A DNA stretch of 52,988 bases, taken from positions 1 through 52,988 of IMG/VR virus record IMGVR_UViG_3300029156_000003; one strand, given 5' to 3'. Of the stretch, positions 8,372 through 16,429 are shown in pieces. A program made the position numbers and the translations under genes. How positions within the stretch are numbered: position 1 is the stretch's first letter; each line of letters opens with the position of its first letter. This stretch comes from a virus. Taxonomy: Duplodnaviria; Caudoviricetes. The notes under the pieces are model-generated. The model ran no database searches. It saw only the letters and a program-made list of their open reading frames with translations, and had not been told where the DNA came from.

Positions 8372-9410
8372 GGTACAAGCCCCTCCCAATATCCTCAAAG
8401 ATGCGAGCGGTTTCATACTCATCCTTCACGACAACGGGGTTGAAAACCTGTTGCAACTCGGTTTTGAATGAGCCATTAGCCATCACCGCGCCGCCGCCTA
8501 AGATGGTCAAACCGGTGTTTTTCTTTTGGCTCTCAGGCAATCGACGGTGCAAAAGTTGAAGCCGGTTTTTGCTCGAATTGATATGCGCTTGCAATGCCTG
8601 ACTATCGCCTTGCTTGCGAATATAGGAAAGCTCGGCAAGATTTTGGTTGACGTTTTGCGATGCGTAAAGCGTCACCATTCCGTTTGGTTCGGTCAATCGT
8701 GCCAGTGGTTCAGCCTCGCCTTTTTTGAATAGGCAAGTATCGTCAGTGCCATAGCCCATATCGTGAACGATCATATAGTCAGGGTCAAAGCCTCTGACGC
8801 GACCATAGCTTGCCGCCTCTGGCACGATCAATGAAAACTGGCTCGTAAATCGCGTGGCGTTTGCTGACAGTCGATTATCCTTATCGCTCCCTTTATGAGA
8901 CTTCAAGCCAGATCGGTAAGCGGTGGTCGCAGCCTTGCGGGTTGCGGCATCGGCGTGTAATTCGGCTGGCATACCACAAACGATTTTGATTAAGGGCAGA
9001 TCGGCCAGGCTAACTTTATGCTGGCGTGACCATTGCGACAAAACGCCAATCCATAAAATACGGATGTGGTCAGGCTTGTACTTGAATTCGTCAAGTTCGC
9101 GGATGACCGATGGTGAGCCTAGCACGTCAGTGCCAAACCAGTATTCTTGACCGTCTATAACTTCGCTAAAAGATTTGTCTTTCAGTCGATTGCCTGACTT
9201 CCCGCTAATCGCGCCTTTGGGTTGGGCGGGACTATATGCGGCTGGTATCTTTGCCACACAACCGAGCAGAGACAAATTAACAAAGCCGTTGCCAAGATCA
9301 AGGCCAGCCGGAGCAAAGCCAATCTGAGTAGCCAGCGATAATAGCTCTGGCATCGTCAATTTATTTAGTTTGTTTATATCGGGAGATGTCTGTAAAATAT
9401 CGTTGGTCAT
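8355..9410 (-). CDS. parM: Actin-like ParM/StbA family segregation ATPase
   Basis: Phosphate-1 GLDLGNGFVN, VPEAAS, phosphate-2 HDMGYGTDD, adenosine ILGGGA. Confidence 0.85.
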   Translation of the reverse strand: MTNDILQTSPDINKLNKLTMPELLSLATQIGFAPAGLDLGNGFVNLSLLGCVAKIPAAYSPAQPKGAISGKSGNRLKDKSFSEVIDGQEYWFGTDVLGSPSVIRELDEFKYKPDHIRILWIGVLSQWSRQHKVSLADLPLIKIVCGMPAELHADAATRKAATTAYRSGLKSHKGSDKDNRLSANATRFTSQFSLIVPEAASYGRVRGFDPDYMIVHDMGYGTDDTCLFKKGEAEPLARLTEPNGMVTLYASQNVNQNLAELSYIRKQGDSQALQAHINSSKNRLQLLHRRLPESQKKNTGLTILGGGAVMANGSFKTELQQVFNPVVVKDEYETARIFEDIGRGLYRASKN

Positions 9411-9437
9411 ACTTGCCTCACAAGTGTTATGACTACT

Positions 9438-9462
9438 GAGCCTCGTAATGAGGCTCTTTTAT
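9438..9462 (+). terminator. Terminator antisense to parM leader
   Basis: GAGCCTC-gtaat-GAGGCTC-TTTTAT. Confidence 0.65.
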
Positions 9463-9465
9463 TGT

Positions 9466-9897
9466 TTAGTTGTCGAACCAAAACACTAATCGTACATCCT
9501 GCAACGCTTTGGGGTAGTCAGACGGATATTCTCGAAGCCCTTCTATCCCATTCCCAAACAAATACACATCAAATAGCGTGTATTTCCCATCGCTGCAAAA
9601 GTAGCACCCCCAGGGTTTTATATTTCGATGCTTGAAATATCCTACTAGTTGCATTATTTCATCAAAATTCAGCCACGAGTGACTATGCCCATCAAAACCA
9701 TAGCTATCAACGTGCATCCTTGTCAGTGTTGATACATCGTCCGGGAGTCCCTTTGGCGGCGATATTGCATCTTCTGTACCTCTAACACCGGCCATTTTTG
9801 CAAACACATCATATTGCCGCCACATATCAACTGGCGCGTAATAATTCCACTGGTCATTTATTTTTATTTCTACGTGAGCGTGTATATCGCATCCCAT
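9466..9897 (-). CDS. Conserved phage hypothetical protein (MGCDIH...SHSWL...VRLVFWFDN family)
   Basis: Recognisable widespread phage family motifs. Confidence 0.8.
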   Translation of the reverse strand: MGCDIHAHVEIKINDQWNYYAPVDMWRQYDVFAKMAGVRGTEDAISPPKGLPDDVSTLTRMHVDSYGFDGHSHSWLNFDEIMQLVGYFKHRNIKPWGCYFCSDGKYTLFDVYLFGNGIEGLREYPSDYPKALQDVRLVFWFDN

Positions 9898-9945
9898 TGC
9901 TTAATCCTTTCACTTACTATATTTATGGTAAATCAATCGGTCAAA

Positions 9946-10164
9946 TCAGCCAGCCTCACTGGTCTTGTAAAACAAGGCATCGTCTAAATAGTTGATGCCT
10001 ACAATGGCGGCGTTGCTTGGGATGATCGGCTTGACTAGGGTTGCTATAGTTTCGTAGGTGTAATTTTTGCCGTTGTCAATCTCAATCAGCATCGTTGAGG
10101 TGTCGGCGCATTCGTCGTAATCGCTGACCGGCTGGAAATATGTGATAACCCAATAGTCTTTCAT
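9946..10164 (-). CDS. Hypothetical protein
   Basis: GGAGG SD before MKDYW. Confidence 0.55.
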   Translation of the reverse strand: MKDYWVITYFQPVSDYDECADTSTMLIEIDNGKNYTYETIATLVKPIIPSNAAIVGINYLDDALFYKTSEAG

Positions 10165-10174
10165 CAATCCTCCT

Positions 10175-10339
10175 CTATTCCTCAAATTCATCAGCGATCT
10201 TGTCGCACTCAGCGCACCGGCAAACCAACACCCGATGCACTGCATCAAACTCAACCACGATCTCTGCCGCTGGATGCTGATCGCATCGCTCAGACTGCTC
10301 GGCGGCTTCGGCTACTGCTAGTTCGTACTGTGTTTGCAT
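10175..10339 (-). CDS. Small Cys/His protein, 54 aa (not in ORF track)
   Basis: MQTQYELAVAEAAEQSERCDQHP...CRCAECDKIADEFEE; GGAGG SD. Confidence 0.55.
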   Translation of the reverse strand: MQTQYELAVAEAAEQSERCDQHPAAEIVVEFDAVHRVLVCRCAECDKIADEFEE

Positions 10340-10341
10340 AG

Positions 10342-10533
10342 TCAATCCTCCTGATGAGATTTCAGAACAGTTGCTTCACCTGTATCGGTGTCAAAAACAA
10401 CCGTGATTATATCGCCATCCGTGATGAATTCCGATATAGCTTCCTCGGCTTCATCACGCCTGATATGGCTTCGTATTTTTTTAAGTGCGGCAAATATAGC
10501 ATTATGGCTTTCTATTAGCACAGTGACCTTCAT
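10342..10533 (-). CDS. Hypothetical protein
   Basis: GGAGG SD. Confidence 0.6.
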   Translation of the reverse strand: MKVTVLIESHNAIFAALKKIRSHIRRDEAEEAISEFITDGDIITVVFDTDTGEATVLKSHQED

Positions 10534-10534
10534 C

Positions 10535-10825
10535 TTACCCCTCCTGGCTCGATTGCAATTCTTTTATAGTTGTCAAACTGTCCATCCCGCAGTATATCGT
10601 TTTTGGGTCTTGAATATCCTTGATATGATTGGATACCATTGGCTTCAGTATCTTGTATAGATACTGGGTCAATTTGGGGTTGCACTGTACTGTTGAGCCA
10701 TCAATCATCCAGAATGTTATCACGGCACACTCTACTGATGAGCCATAAATGGTTGTTCTCAGGGCAAACCGCGTCACCTGCTTCATATTCACAAATTCGC
10801 CTTTATCTATCTCTATAAAAAACAT
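10535..10825 (-). CDS. Hypothetical protein
   Basis: AGGAGG SD. Confidence 0.55.
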   Translation of the reverse strand: MFFIEIDKGEFVNMKQVTRFALRTTIYGSSVECAVITFWMIDGSTVQCNPKLTQYLYKILKPMVSNHIKDIQDPKTIYCGMDSLTTIKELQSSQEG

Positions 10826-10890
10826 TTTAATCCTCCTGATAGCCAGCGACCTAAGCCGCTGGTTCGTAGAAAGTTCGTAGGCTTCGTAGA

Positions 10891-11277
10891 TTATTCGTAG
10901 GCTTGCGCTGGCTCTGGCACTTCGACCAATGCCGGTTGTTCGTCGCTGGCTGGCTTATCGGCTGGTATCGCTGGCGCGATGCGGATGGCGTTGTGTGTAT
11001 CGCCAAAGGCTTTCACTTCTTCAGTGTATAGCGTGACCTTGCCACCATTCCATTTGTCGGTTTCAGGCCCGTATAGCCGAGCGATGATCTTAGCATTGGT
11101 CTTGTTGAGTATCAAGCCCTTGTCGGTTTCGCCAAAATATAGCACGATCTTTTCCTCGGTTTGGTTGCGGGCTGTCACCTTCTCAGTCACCGCTCGGCTC
11201 ATTGTCATTGTGACGGTTTTACCTTTGAGCGAATCGCCAATGATGTACGGGAAAAGGTTGGTCTTGTAGATGTTCAT
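10891..11277 (-). CDS. Conserved phage protein, putative ssDNA-binding OB-fold
   Basis: LILNKTN..IA.LYG.ETD.W.G..VTL family motif; acidic C-terminal tail. Confidence 0.6.
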   Translation of the reverse strand: MNIYKTNLFPYIIGDSLKGKTVTMTMSRAVTEKVTARNQTEEKIVLYFGETDKGLILNKTNAKIIARLYGPETDKWNGGKVTLYTEEVKAFGDTHNAIRIAPAIPADKPASDEQPALVEVPEPAQAYE

Positions 11278-11642
11278 TATTTGTCTCCGTGATCTAAATA
11301 ATCTTGATTGCTTTCGTTGCGTGGGAAATATTCATCCAGTTCATTTGATTGGTTTGGTAGCCCGTTGCGTTTCACGCTATAGGCTAAGTCCATAATCTCG
11401 CTTTGCTGATCTTCGGGCAGTGCCATAAACGCCTCGACTACGCCATTTTTACCAGCCGTGATTACGGGTAATGCTTGGGCCTTGGCTTGGGCCTTGGCCT
11501 GTTGGAACAATAGGGCTTGTGCTTCGGTTGGGTTGTCTTGTTCATCCAGTTCAGCCGCCAGGGTTAATTCAACCGTCAATTGCTCGTAGTTTCCGAGGTT
11601 GAATTTTCGTCCGTAAGTGACTGATGTGGTGGTGATTCTCAT
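11277..11642 (-). CDS. Conserved phage hypothetical protein (RKFNLGNYE family)
   Basis: VTYGRKFNLGNYEQ motif; AGGAG SD. Confidence 0.7.
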   Translation of the reverse strand: MRITTTSVTYGRKFNLGNYEQLTVELTLAAELDEQDNPTEAQALLFQQAKAQAKAQALPVITAGKNGVVEAFMALPEDQQSEIMDLAYSVKRNGLPNQSNELDEYFPRNESNQDYLDHGDK

Positions 11643-11692
11643 AATATCTCCTGATATGCGGCCAGCCGAAGCCAGCCGCTTGAATTTACTGG

Positions 11693-11956
11693 TTAAACGT
11701 ATACGCCACTGCAAGCTGCGGCTTGCTGGCGTGCCTGCCACAGTGCTAATTGCGCCTCTGGTTGATCGTCATAGTACCCGATCAATTGCGAATCGGAATC
11801 GGTTTCGGGGTCATAGATAGCGTTGATTGTAACTATCCACTTGCCATCAGATAGCGTTGCGCTGCCTACACAATGCTTGATTGCACCATACTTCACAATA
11901 TCCAAAAAAATAATGTCGTGATTGTCGTGATAATTTATCTGAAATTCCATAATCAT
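11693..11956 (-). CDS. Hypothetical protein
   Basis: AGGAG SD. Confidence 0.6.
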   Translation of the reverse strand: MIMEFQINYHDNHDIIFLDIVKYGAIKHCVGSATLSDGKWIVTINAIYDPETDSDSQLIGYYDDQPEAQLALWQARQQAAACSGVYV

Positions 11957-12001
11957 AGTCTCCTAATGTTTGCGGGCACTGGCCTACCCGCTTGAATTTA
12001 C

Positions 12002-12157
12002 TTACTTGTCTGGACTATCGCCCCAAGTGTATCCACTATCGCTGAAAATGCAGACTAATTTGTGAGCGGCTAACCCTGCTAAACCATCGCATTCCTCGCC
12101 GCACTTGCTACAGTACCATTTCAGACAATGCACAATCGCGTTTCTCAGCGTGTTCAT
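12002..12157 (-). CDS. Small C2HC zinc-finger protein, 51 aa (not in ORF track)
   Basis: WYCSKCGEECDGLAGLAAHKLVC; ATGA-coupled to upstream gene. Confidence 0.55.
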   Translation of the reverse strand: MNTLRNAIVHCLKWYCSKCGEECDGLAGLAAHKLVCIFSDSGYTWGDSPDK

Positions 12158-12375
12158 ATCGTCACCCCATTGTCGGCATTTTCGTTGCGGGCTGATCGGG
12201 GGGTAGTGCTTGGCAATCCGCTTAGGCTGAAAATAAACTCGTCAATGTCGATAATGTCATCGGTGATGTCGGCGTAGTGCGCGTCAGTCGGTAGCCAGTC
12301 TAATCGGCCATTGATGAGGCAAGCGGTTTGCCCAGGCTTGTCATTTGCTTCTAATTGTGATAAGGTCATAATCAA
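12154..12375 (-). CDS. Hypothetical protein
   Basis: AAAGGA SD. Confidence 0.55.
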   Translation of the reverse strand: MIMTLSQLEANDKPGQTACLINGRLDWLPTDAHYADITDDIIDIDEFIFSLSGLPSTTPRSARNENADNGVTI

Positions 12376-12581
12376 TTCCTTTACTAATTACACGTTGGTT
12401 TTGGATTTCGGGGCCAGTGGTTCATCACAACCACTGGCCTCTTTGCGTTTGCCTCGATTTGTATACCGCGCTCTACGTAGGTGGCGGTCTTAATGATTGG
12501 CGTATCGCGCCTGTTCTGGTCGGTTTGTTTTGGCGGTTGTCTCCGCTTGGCTTTCGGTGTGGCTGGTTGTTTGCGTTGCCT

Positions 12582-12647
12582 AAGCTACCTCGTCAAAGCC
12601 GCTTGCTCAAGGCGACTGACGGCCCGTAGGCCGTTTCGGATTAGCTT
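12582..12647 (-). ncRNA. Type II hammerhead ribozyme (U3 core variant)
   Basis: AAGCUAAUCC-GAAAC-GGCC(UACG)GGCC-GUC^-AGUCGC..GCGGCU-UUGACGA-GGUAGCUU; all three stems pair. Confidence 0.75.
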
Positions 12648-12835
12648 TGCACTTCGGCTACTGATTCGTCGTACAAAACGCCATCTTTGTACCAACCATC
12701 TGTCTCAACCTCTGGCGACGTTTTCCACTCCAGCCCTGCCAGTTCGCACACATCGCTAAAGCTGAGTGATTGATTTGATTCTACTGTGCCGATTGTTTCT
12801 TGTGTTGACTTTTCTACCAGTGCGTAAGTTGTCAT
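12641..12835 (-). CDS. Hypothetical acidic protein, first gene of the leftward operon
   Basis: CTAGCAAAGGATGAAACGATG leader. Confidence 0.65.
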   Translation of the reverse strand: MTTYALVEKSTQETIGTVESNQSLSFSDVCELAGLEWKTSPEVETDGWYKDGVLYDESVAEVQS

Positions 12836-12883
12836 CGTTTCATCCTTTGCTAGTGCCAGTGCTTGTTGCCCTGACTTGAACTA

Positions 12884-12912
12884 AGTATACCACTTTTCGT
12901 ACCCACTGTCAA
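12884..12912 (-). promoter_or_regulatory. Leftward early promoter
   Basis: TTGACA-17-TATACT with TG extension. Confidence 0.85.
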
Positions 12913-12956
12913 GTGCTTATTTTGACGAATATTGCAATTCAGTTTGCTTAAACCGA

Positions 12957-12985
12957 TTGACATACTGCGGGATATGTAGTAATAT
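12957..12985 (+). promoter_or_regulatory. Rightward early promoter (divergent switch)
   Basis: TTGACA-17-TAATAT upstream of HTH gene. Confidence 0.7.
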
Positions 12986-13025
12986 AGTAGAAACGAAGTA
13001 AATACCACGAAAGGAGGATGGCAAG

Positions 13026-13256
13026 ATGATTGAAGCCACAATGATTATGCCTCGCAAAAACAACCTGAAAAATATGCTAGATTCACGAAAGTGGACTATA
13101 TACAGACTTGCGAAGCTAACGGGCATACCTCATCATAATGTTTCTAAAATTGTCAAGGCAGATCAAATACCAGAGCGCACGGAATACAAAACGTTGCTGG
13201 CGTTGAGTGAGGCGTTAGGTGTTTCTATTGATGATTTGGAAGATAAAGAGGATTAA
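13026..13256 (+). CDS. XRE/Cro-C1 HTH regulator
   Basis: WTIYRLAKLTGIPHHNVSKIV..TLLALSEALGVSIDDL. Confidence 0.9.
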   Translation: MIEATMIMPRKNNLKNMLDSRKWTIYRLAKLTGIPHHNVSKIVKADQIPERTEYKTLLALSEALGVSIDDLEDKED

Positions 13257-13356
13257 CTGACCTGTAGCTGATATTACGGTCATCCCCTCTGGCTTGATGG
13301 GCGCGGGGAGACAACCGTAACGGAGCTACTATACCATATGTAGCGAGGTTTTTGTA

Positions 13357-13884
13357 ATGCACGTTTACTTTATTCAAAACCCAGAAACAGGGCTAATCAA
13401 GATAGGTAAGTCAAAAAATGTATTCGAGCGCATCCACAAGTTGATGGCAGACCACAGAGCAGACTTGCGTATACTAGGTGTCATAAAAGGTGACAGTTGG
13501 AAAGAGAATGAACTTCACAGAAGATTCGCGAAGCACAACAACCATCTTGAATGGTTCAATCCAGAAGGAGAGATACTAAAATATATTGGCGACAATTGCC
13601 GGGACGGTTTGTCGAAATATACCTCAGTGCGACCAACTTCCATAGATATTTATGCTAACAGTCGTGTAAGGGAATTGGCAGAGCCGATGGGCATCGACAC
13701 CTATTCCAAACTTGCCTGGATTGCAGGTGTTCATCCGGCAACTGCACGGAACACTTGGTATGGCGATATAAGTGGGACTAAATTAGCTGTGCTGATCAAA
13801 GTATCAAGGGCTTTGGGATGCACCGTTGACGATCTGTTTGAAGGAAACGGAGAAATTAAATGTGAGGCCGAAGAGGATAGTTAG
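13357..13884 (+). CDS. GIY-YIG (T5orf172/MUG113-like) nuclease fused to C-terminal XRE HTH
   Basis: VYFIQ..LIKIGKS.NV..RI..E.ELH.RF..EWF; C-terminal SKLAWIAGVHPATAR..KVSRALGCTVDDLF. Confidence 0.85.
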   Translation: MHVYFIQNPETGLIKIGKSKNVFERIHKLMADHRADLRILGVIKGDSWKENELHRRFAKHNNHLEWFNPEGEILKYIGDNCRDGLSKYTSVRPTSIDIYANSRVRELAEPMGIDTYSKLAWIAGVHPATARNTWYGDISGTKLAVLIKVSRALGCTVDDLFEGNGEIKCEAEEDS

Positions 13885-13960
13885 GGCACCCTCACCCAAC
13901 CGCTAAGCCAAGGCGAAGGGGTAACGCGGCTATTATAGCATAGTTTAGGAGATGTGGATT

Positions 13961-14158
13961 ATGAATGAAGCCGAAAGGCAGCAATTACACGCCGCCTTTA
14001 ATCGCGAGATAGCGAGGATTGATGCCAAGATATTTGATCTTGAAGCGATGATTTGCGGGTTAAGAAACGATAGACAAATGTTACAACAGGAGTTGCGGCA
14101 CGATTTAGAGGTTTTAGATATGGCAGAAAGCGAGGTTGGATTATGGAAACAGGATTAA
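13961..14158 (+). CDS. Hypothetical coiled-coil protein
   Basis: AGGAG SD; heptad pattern. Confidence 0.6.
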   Translation: MNEAERQQLHAAFNREIARIDAKIFDLEAMICGLRNDRQMLQQELRHDLEVLDMAESEVGLWKQD

Positions 14159-14385
14159 CAGTTTATTTCGTGTGTTGGAAGGAGGAAGGCCAGGGCCAGT
14201 ATGGTTATTTCTCTGGCTTTGGGTACACGGACAAAGAAGAGGCGATTGCGAAGGCAAAGGAATTGGCCGCCAAACAGCAGCACCGCAATCCAGAATACCC
14301 GCCAACCACGTGGATTGGGATACGGGCTGAAACCGTTGTCAATGAGTATGTGTCATTGGCAGAGATAGAAGAAAGTGAGGCTTGA
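14143..14385 (+). CDS. Hypothetical protein
   Basis: GAGG SD; overlapping chain. Confidence 0.6.
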   Translation: METGLTVYFVCWKEEGQGQYGYFSGFGYTDKEEAIAKAKELAAKQQHRNPEYPPTTWIGIRAETVVNEYVSLAEIEESEA

Positions 14386-14654
14386 TGAGCAAACAACCTA
14401 GAGTGTCGGCATACCCAACTGTATCGCACCCCAAGCCGCATCCTGATTGTGACTATTGCAAGGCGGCGAAACACGCACTTGATACTGGCGCAGACTTACA
14501 AAGGGCTGCGGTCAAAAAGGTCAGGGATTTAGACGCTGCTTTGCGTAGATTGATTGAGGAAGCGGAAATCACGTATTTAACTTTGCTGGATGAGGGTGTC
14601 GAACACAGGCATTTAGGCGATGCGATTGAAAGAGCGCGGAACCAACCCAAATAA
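14382..14654 (+). CDS. Hypothetical protein
   Basis: Coupled start; CxxC. Confidence 0.6.
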   Translation: MMSKQPRVSAYPTVSHPKPHPDCDYCKAAKHALDTGADLQRAAVKKVRDLDAALRRLIEEAEITYLTLLDEGVEHRHLGDAIERARNQPK

Positions 14655-14745
14655 AAAAGCCGCCTCACTTTCGACAGGTGGCGGCTTTCTTACTACAAAA
14701 GGATAACACTATATGAAATCTACCACGAATAACGATGATCGTCAA
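14653..14745 (-). ncRNA. Countertranscript (antisense) RNA unit against the rep1 RBS
   Basis: Minus-strand TTGACG-17-TAGATT (14717-14745) in first codons of rep1; terminator AAAGCCGCC..GGCGGCTTTTTT (14653-14688). Confidence 0.65.
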
Positions 14746-15342
14746 TGGGCTGAGATGCTTGATTATTTGAAACGAGCGTCGCCAACCTCATTCGATACGC
14801 ATTTTTTAGGTTCTAAGGCTGTCATTGATGGCGATAGGCTAATTATGACCTTGCCAGATTCGGCCAATCTGGAATGGATAGAAAACAGGCAAAGCGGCAT
14901 AATCAAACAAGCCGCCAAATTCGCTTATGGTGTCAGCTTTGAGATTGAGCTTGTGAAGGCTGAGGCGAAGCCGATAGAGGCTGATGAGTTAGAAGCCGAG
15001 CCGCCAAAGACAGCGATCAAAGCGAAAGGGTTTACGCCGCTAGTCGATAGCTTGGTTCAGGACATTGGACTAACAGCCGCTTCTATATATGGCGTGATCT
15101 GGCGATACTGTCAAATGAATAGCCGCACCTGTTACGCAAGCCAGAAAACCATAGGTGATCGGCTTTGCCTTAGTCGCTCGGCCATCAATCGAAATATCAA
15201 GACGCTCGAATCGTCAGGCTACATCAGATGTCTAAACCCTGGCGCAGCGAAAGAGGGCGTAAGCAAAGTCTACATCGTCACAAATAAGGTCGAGATTGAG
15301 GCGGCATTTGTTATGGATGCCAAGATTAATGAGGGGGTGTAG
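14713..15342 (+). CDS. Replication initiator Rep1: DnaA N-terminal-like domain plus winged HTH
   Basis: W..ML..L....SFDT.F......G.RL....P....EWIENR (DnaA domain I-like); YASQKTIGDRLCLSRSAINRNIKTLESSGYI HTH. Confidence 0.75.
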   Translation: MKSTTNNDDRQWAEMLDYLKRASPTSFDTHFLGSKAVIDGDRLIMTLPDSANLEWIENRQSGIIKQAAKFAYGVSFEIELVKAEAKPIEADELEAEPPKTAIKAKGFTPLVDSLVQDIGLTAASIYGVIWRYCQMNSRTCYASQKTIGDRLCLSRSAINRNIKTLESSGYIRCLNPGAAKEGVSKVYIVTNKVEIEAAFVMDAKINEGV

Positions 15343-15520
15343 CTTTAAGCTACAGGGTGCGGTAGGGTGTAGCTTTGGATTACACCCCGTGTAGCTTTAG
15401 GCTACAGGTAGGTGTAGCTTTAAGCTACAGTAAGATAGTAGTTAAGAAACAACTAATAAAGATATAGGTGATAAAGTGATAGATAAAGAGATTGATAAAG
15501 AGATTGATGATAAAGTTATT
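15337..15520 (+). repeat. Origin 1: four iterons plus AT-rich GATAAAG repeats
   Basis: GTGTAGCTTT(A/G)(A/G)(G/A)(C/T)TACA at 15337, 15367, 15389, 15412; then AAGAAACAACTA and GATAAAG repeats. Confidence 0.8.
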
Positions 15521-15601
15521 GAAAATTTGTATTTCGATCTTGCCAAAATAGCCAACGAGCAAGGCATAGAGTTATCGTTGGAAAAAAGCGAGGTGGAATG
15601 A
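15476..15601 (+). CDS. Small acidic protein, 41 aa (not in ORF track)
   Basis: GTG start after AGGTG; MIDKEIDKEIDDKV...SEVE; coupled to next gene. Confidence 0.4.
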   Translation: MIDKEIDKEIDDKVIENLYFDLAKIANEQGIELSLEKSEVE

Positions 15602-15849
15602 CGAACCAAAACGAATTCGCACAAGGAGTCTTGAAAAGCTACAAGGAACTAAGCGAAGCAACATCAACCACAATCAAGATAAATCATTCTCAAGTGATTC
15701 ACATAGTTGTCAATGACTTGGTTAAAAAATACAAATACAATGCTCGGTTTGGCGATGCTGAATGGGCAACGACCTTTCGGAAAGTCTTATCGTACTATCT
15801 GACTGCCGATGAGATAGACCACTACCTAGCAGAAAGCGAGGTGGAATGA
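15598..15849 (+). CDS. Hypothetical protein
   Basis: Coupled via GAGGTGGAATGA. Confidence 0.6.
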   Translation: MTNQNEFAQGVLKSYKELSEATSTTIKINHSQVIHIVVNDLVKKYKYNARFGDAEWATTFRKVLSYYLTADEIDHYLAESEVE

Positions 15850-16052
15850 TGCGTCAAAAAGGGCCGATGCCAATCGTTATTTTCGAGGGCAAGCAATACA
15901 AGCTACTGAGCAGGAAAACAGTTGTTCCAAATCTTGCTGAAATGGGGATTATCGAGGCTAGAATGTGGGTAATGAAGCACACTAGAGGCAGAGGGTATCA
16001 AATCACGAAGCCTTCTCTTGCTGGCTACACTGGCATAAGCGAGGTTGAATGA
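15846..16052 (+). CDS. Hypothetical protein
   Basis: Coupled via GAGGTGGAATGA. Confidence 0.6.
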   Translation: MMRQKGPMPIVIFEGKQYKLLSRKTVVPNLAEMGIIEARMWVMKHTRGRGYQITKPSLAGYTGISEVE

Positions 16053-16429
16053 TGCGACCAATGGCCCAAATTCGCGCCGACATCGAAAAAATACCAGAGC
16101 CAAGCCGGCACAATTGGTGCAATGCGGCTGGCGGTTGCGCTTGTGCAGGTTGCGCCAATCATTGCGGCGTGACATTTGAAGAATGGGCAATGTGGCTGGT
16201 CGCCGATGCGCTATGGTGGAAAAAGCGTCAATACGTGAAACACTGGCACACTGACCCCAACGGTGATTGGCTGACGATCAGCCAACGCCGCAGGGGCGAT
16301 CAGGCACAGATTGCGCTGGTCAGATGGCGCGAAGCCAAGCGACCTGTGTTGGTACTGATGTTTGATGAGGAACACACGGAGGCAATGCTGGTGTATCGGT
16401 TTTTTGATGAGATTTTGGAGGCTGAATGA
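16049..16429 (+). CDS. Cys-rich hypothetical protein
   Basis: WC...GCACAGCAN motif; coupled. Confidence 0.6.
   Translation: MMRPMAQIRADIEKIPEPSRHNWCNAAGGCACAGCANHCGVTFEEWAMWLVADALWWKKRQYVKHWHTDPNGDWLTISQRRRGDQAQIALVRWREAKRPVLVLMFDEEHTEAMLVYRFFDEILEAE

Noticed and set aside
15337-15429. Regular repeats as a CRISPR array
   Set aside because: Repeats are 18 nt with 4-12 nt gaps and adjoin a Rep gene; iterons fit better and no cas genes are seen.
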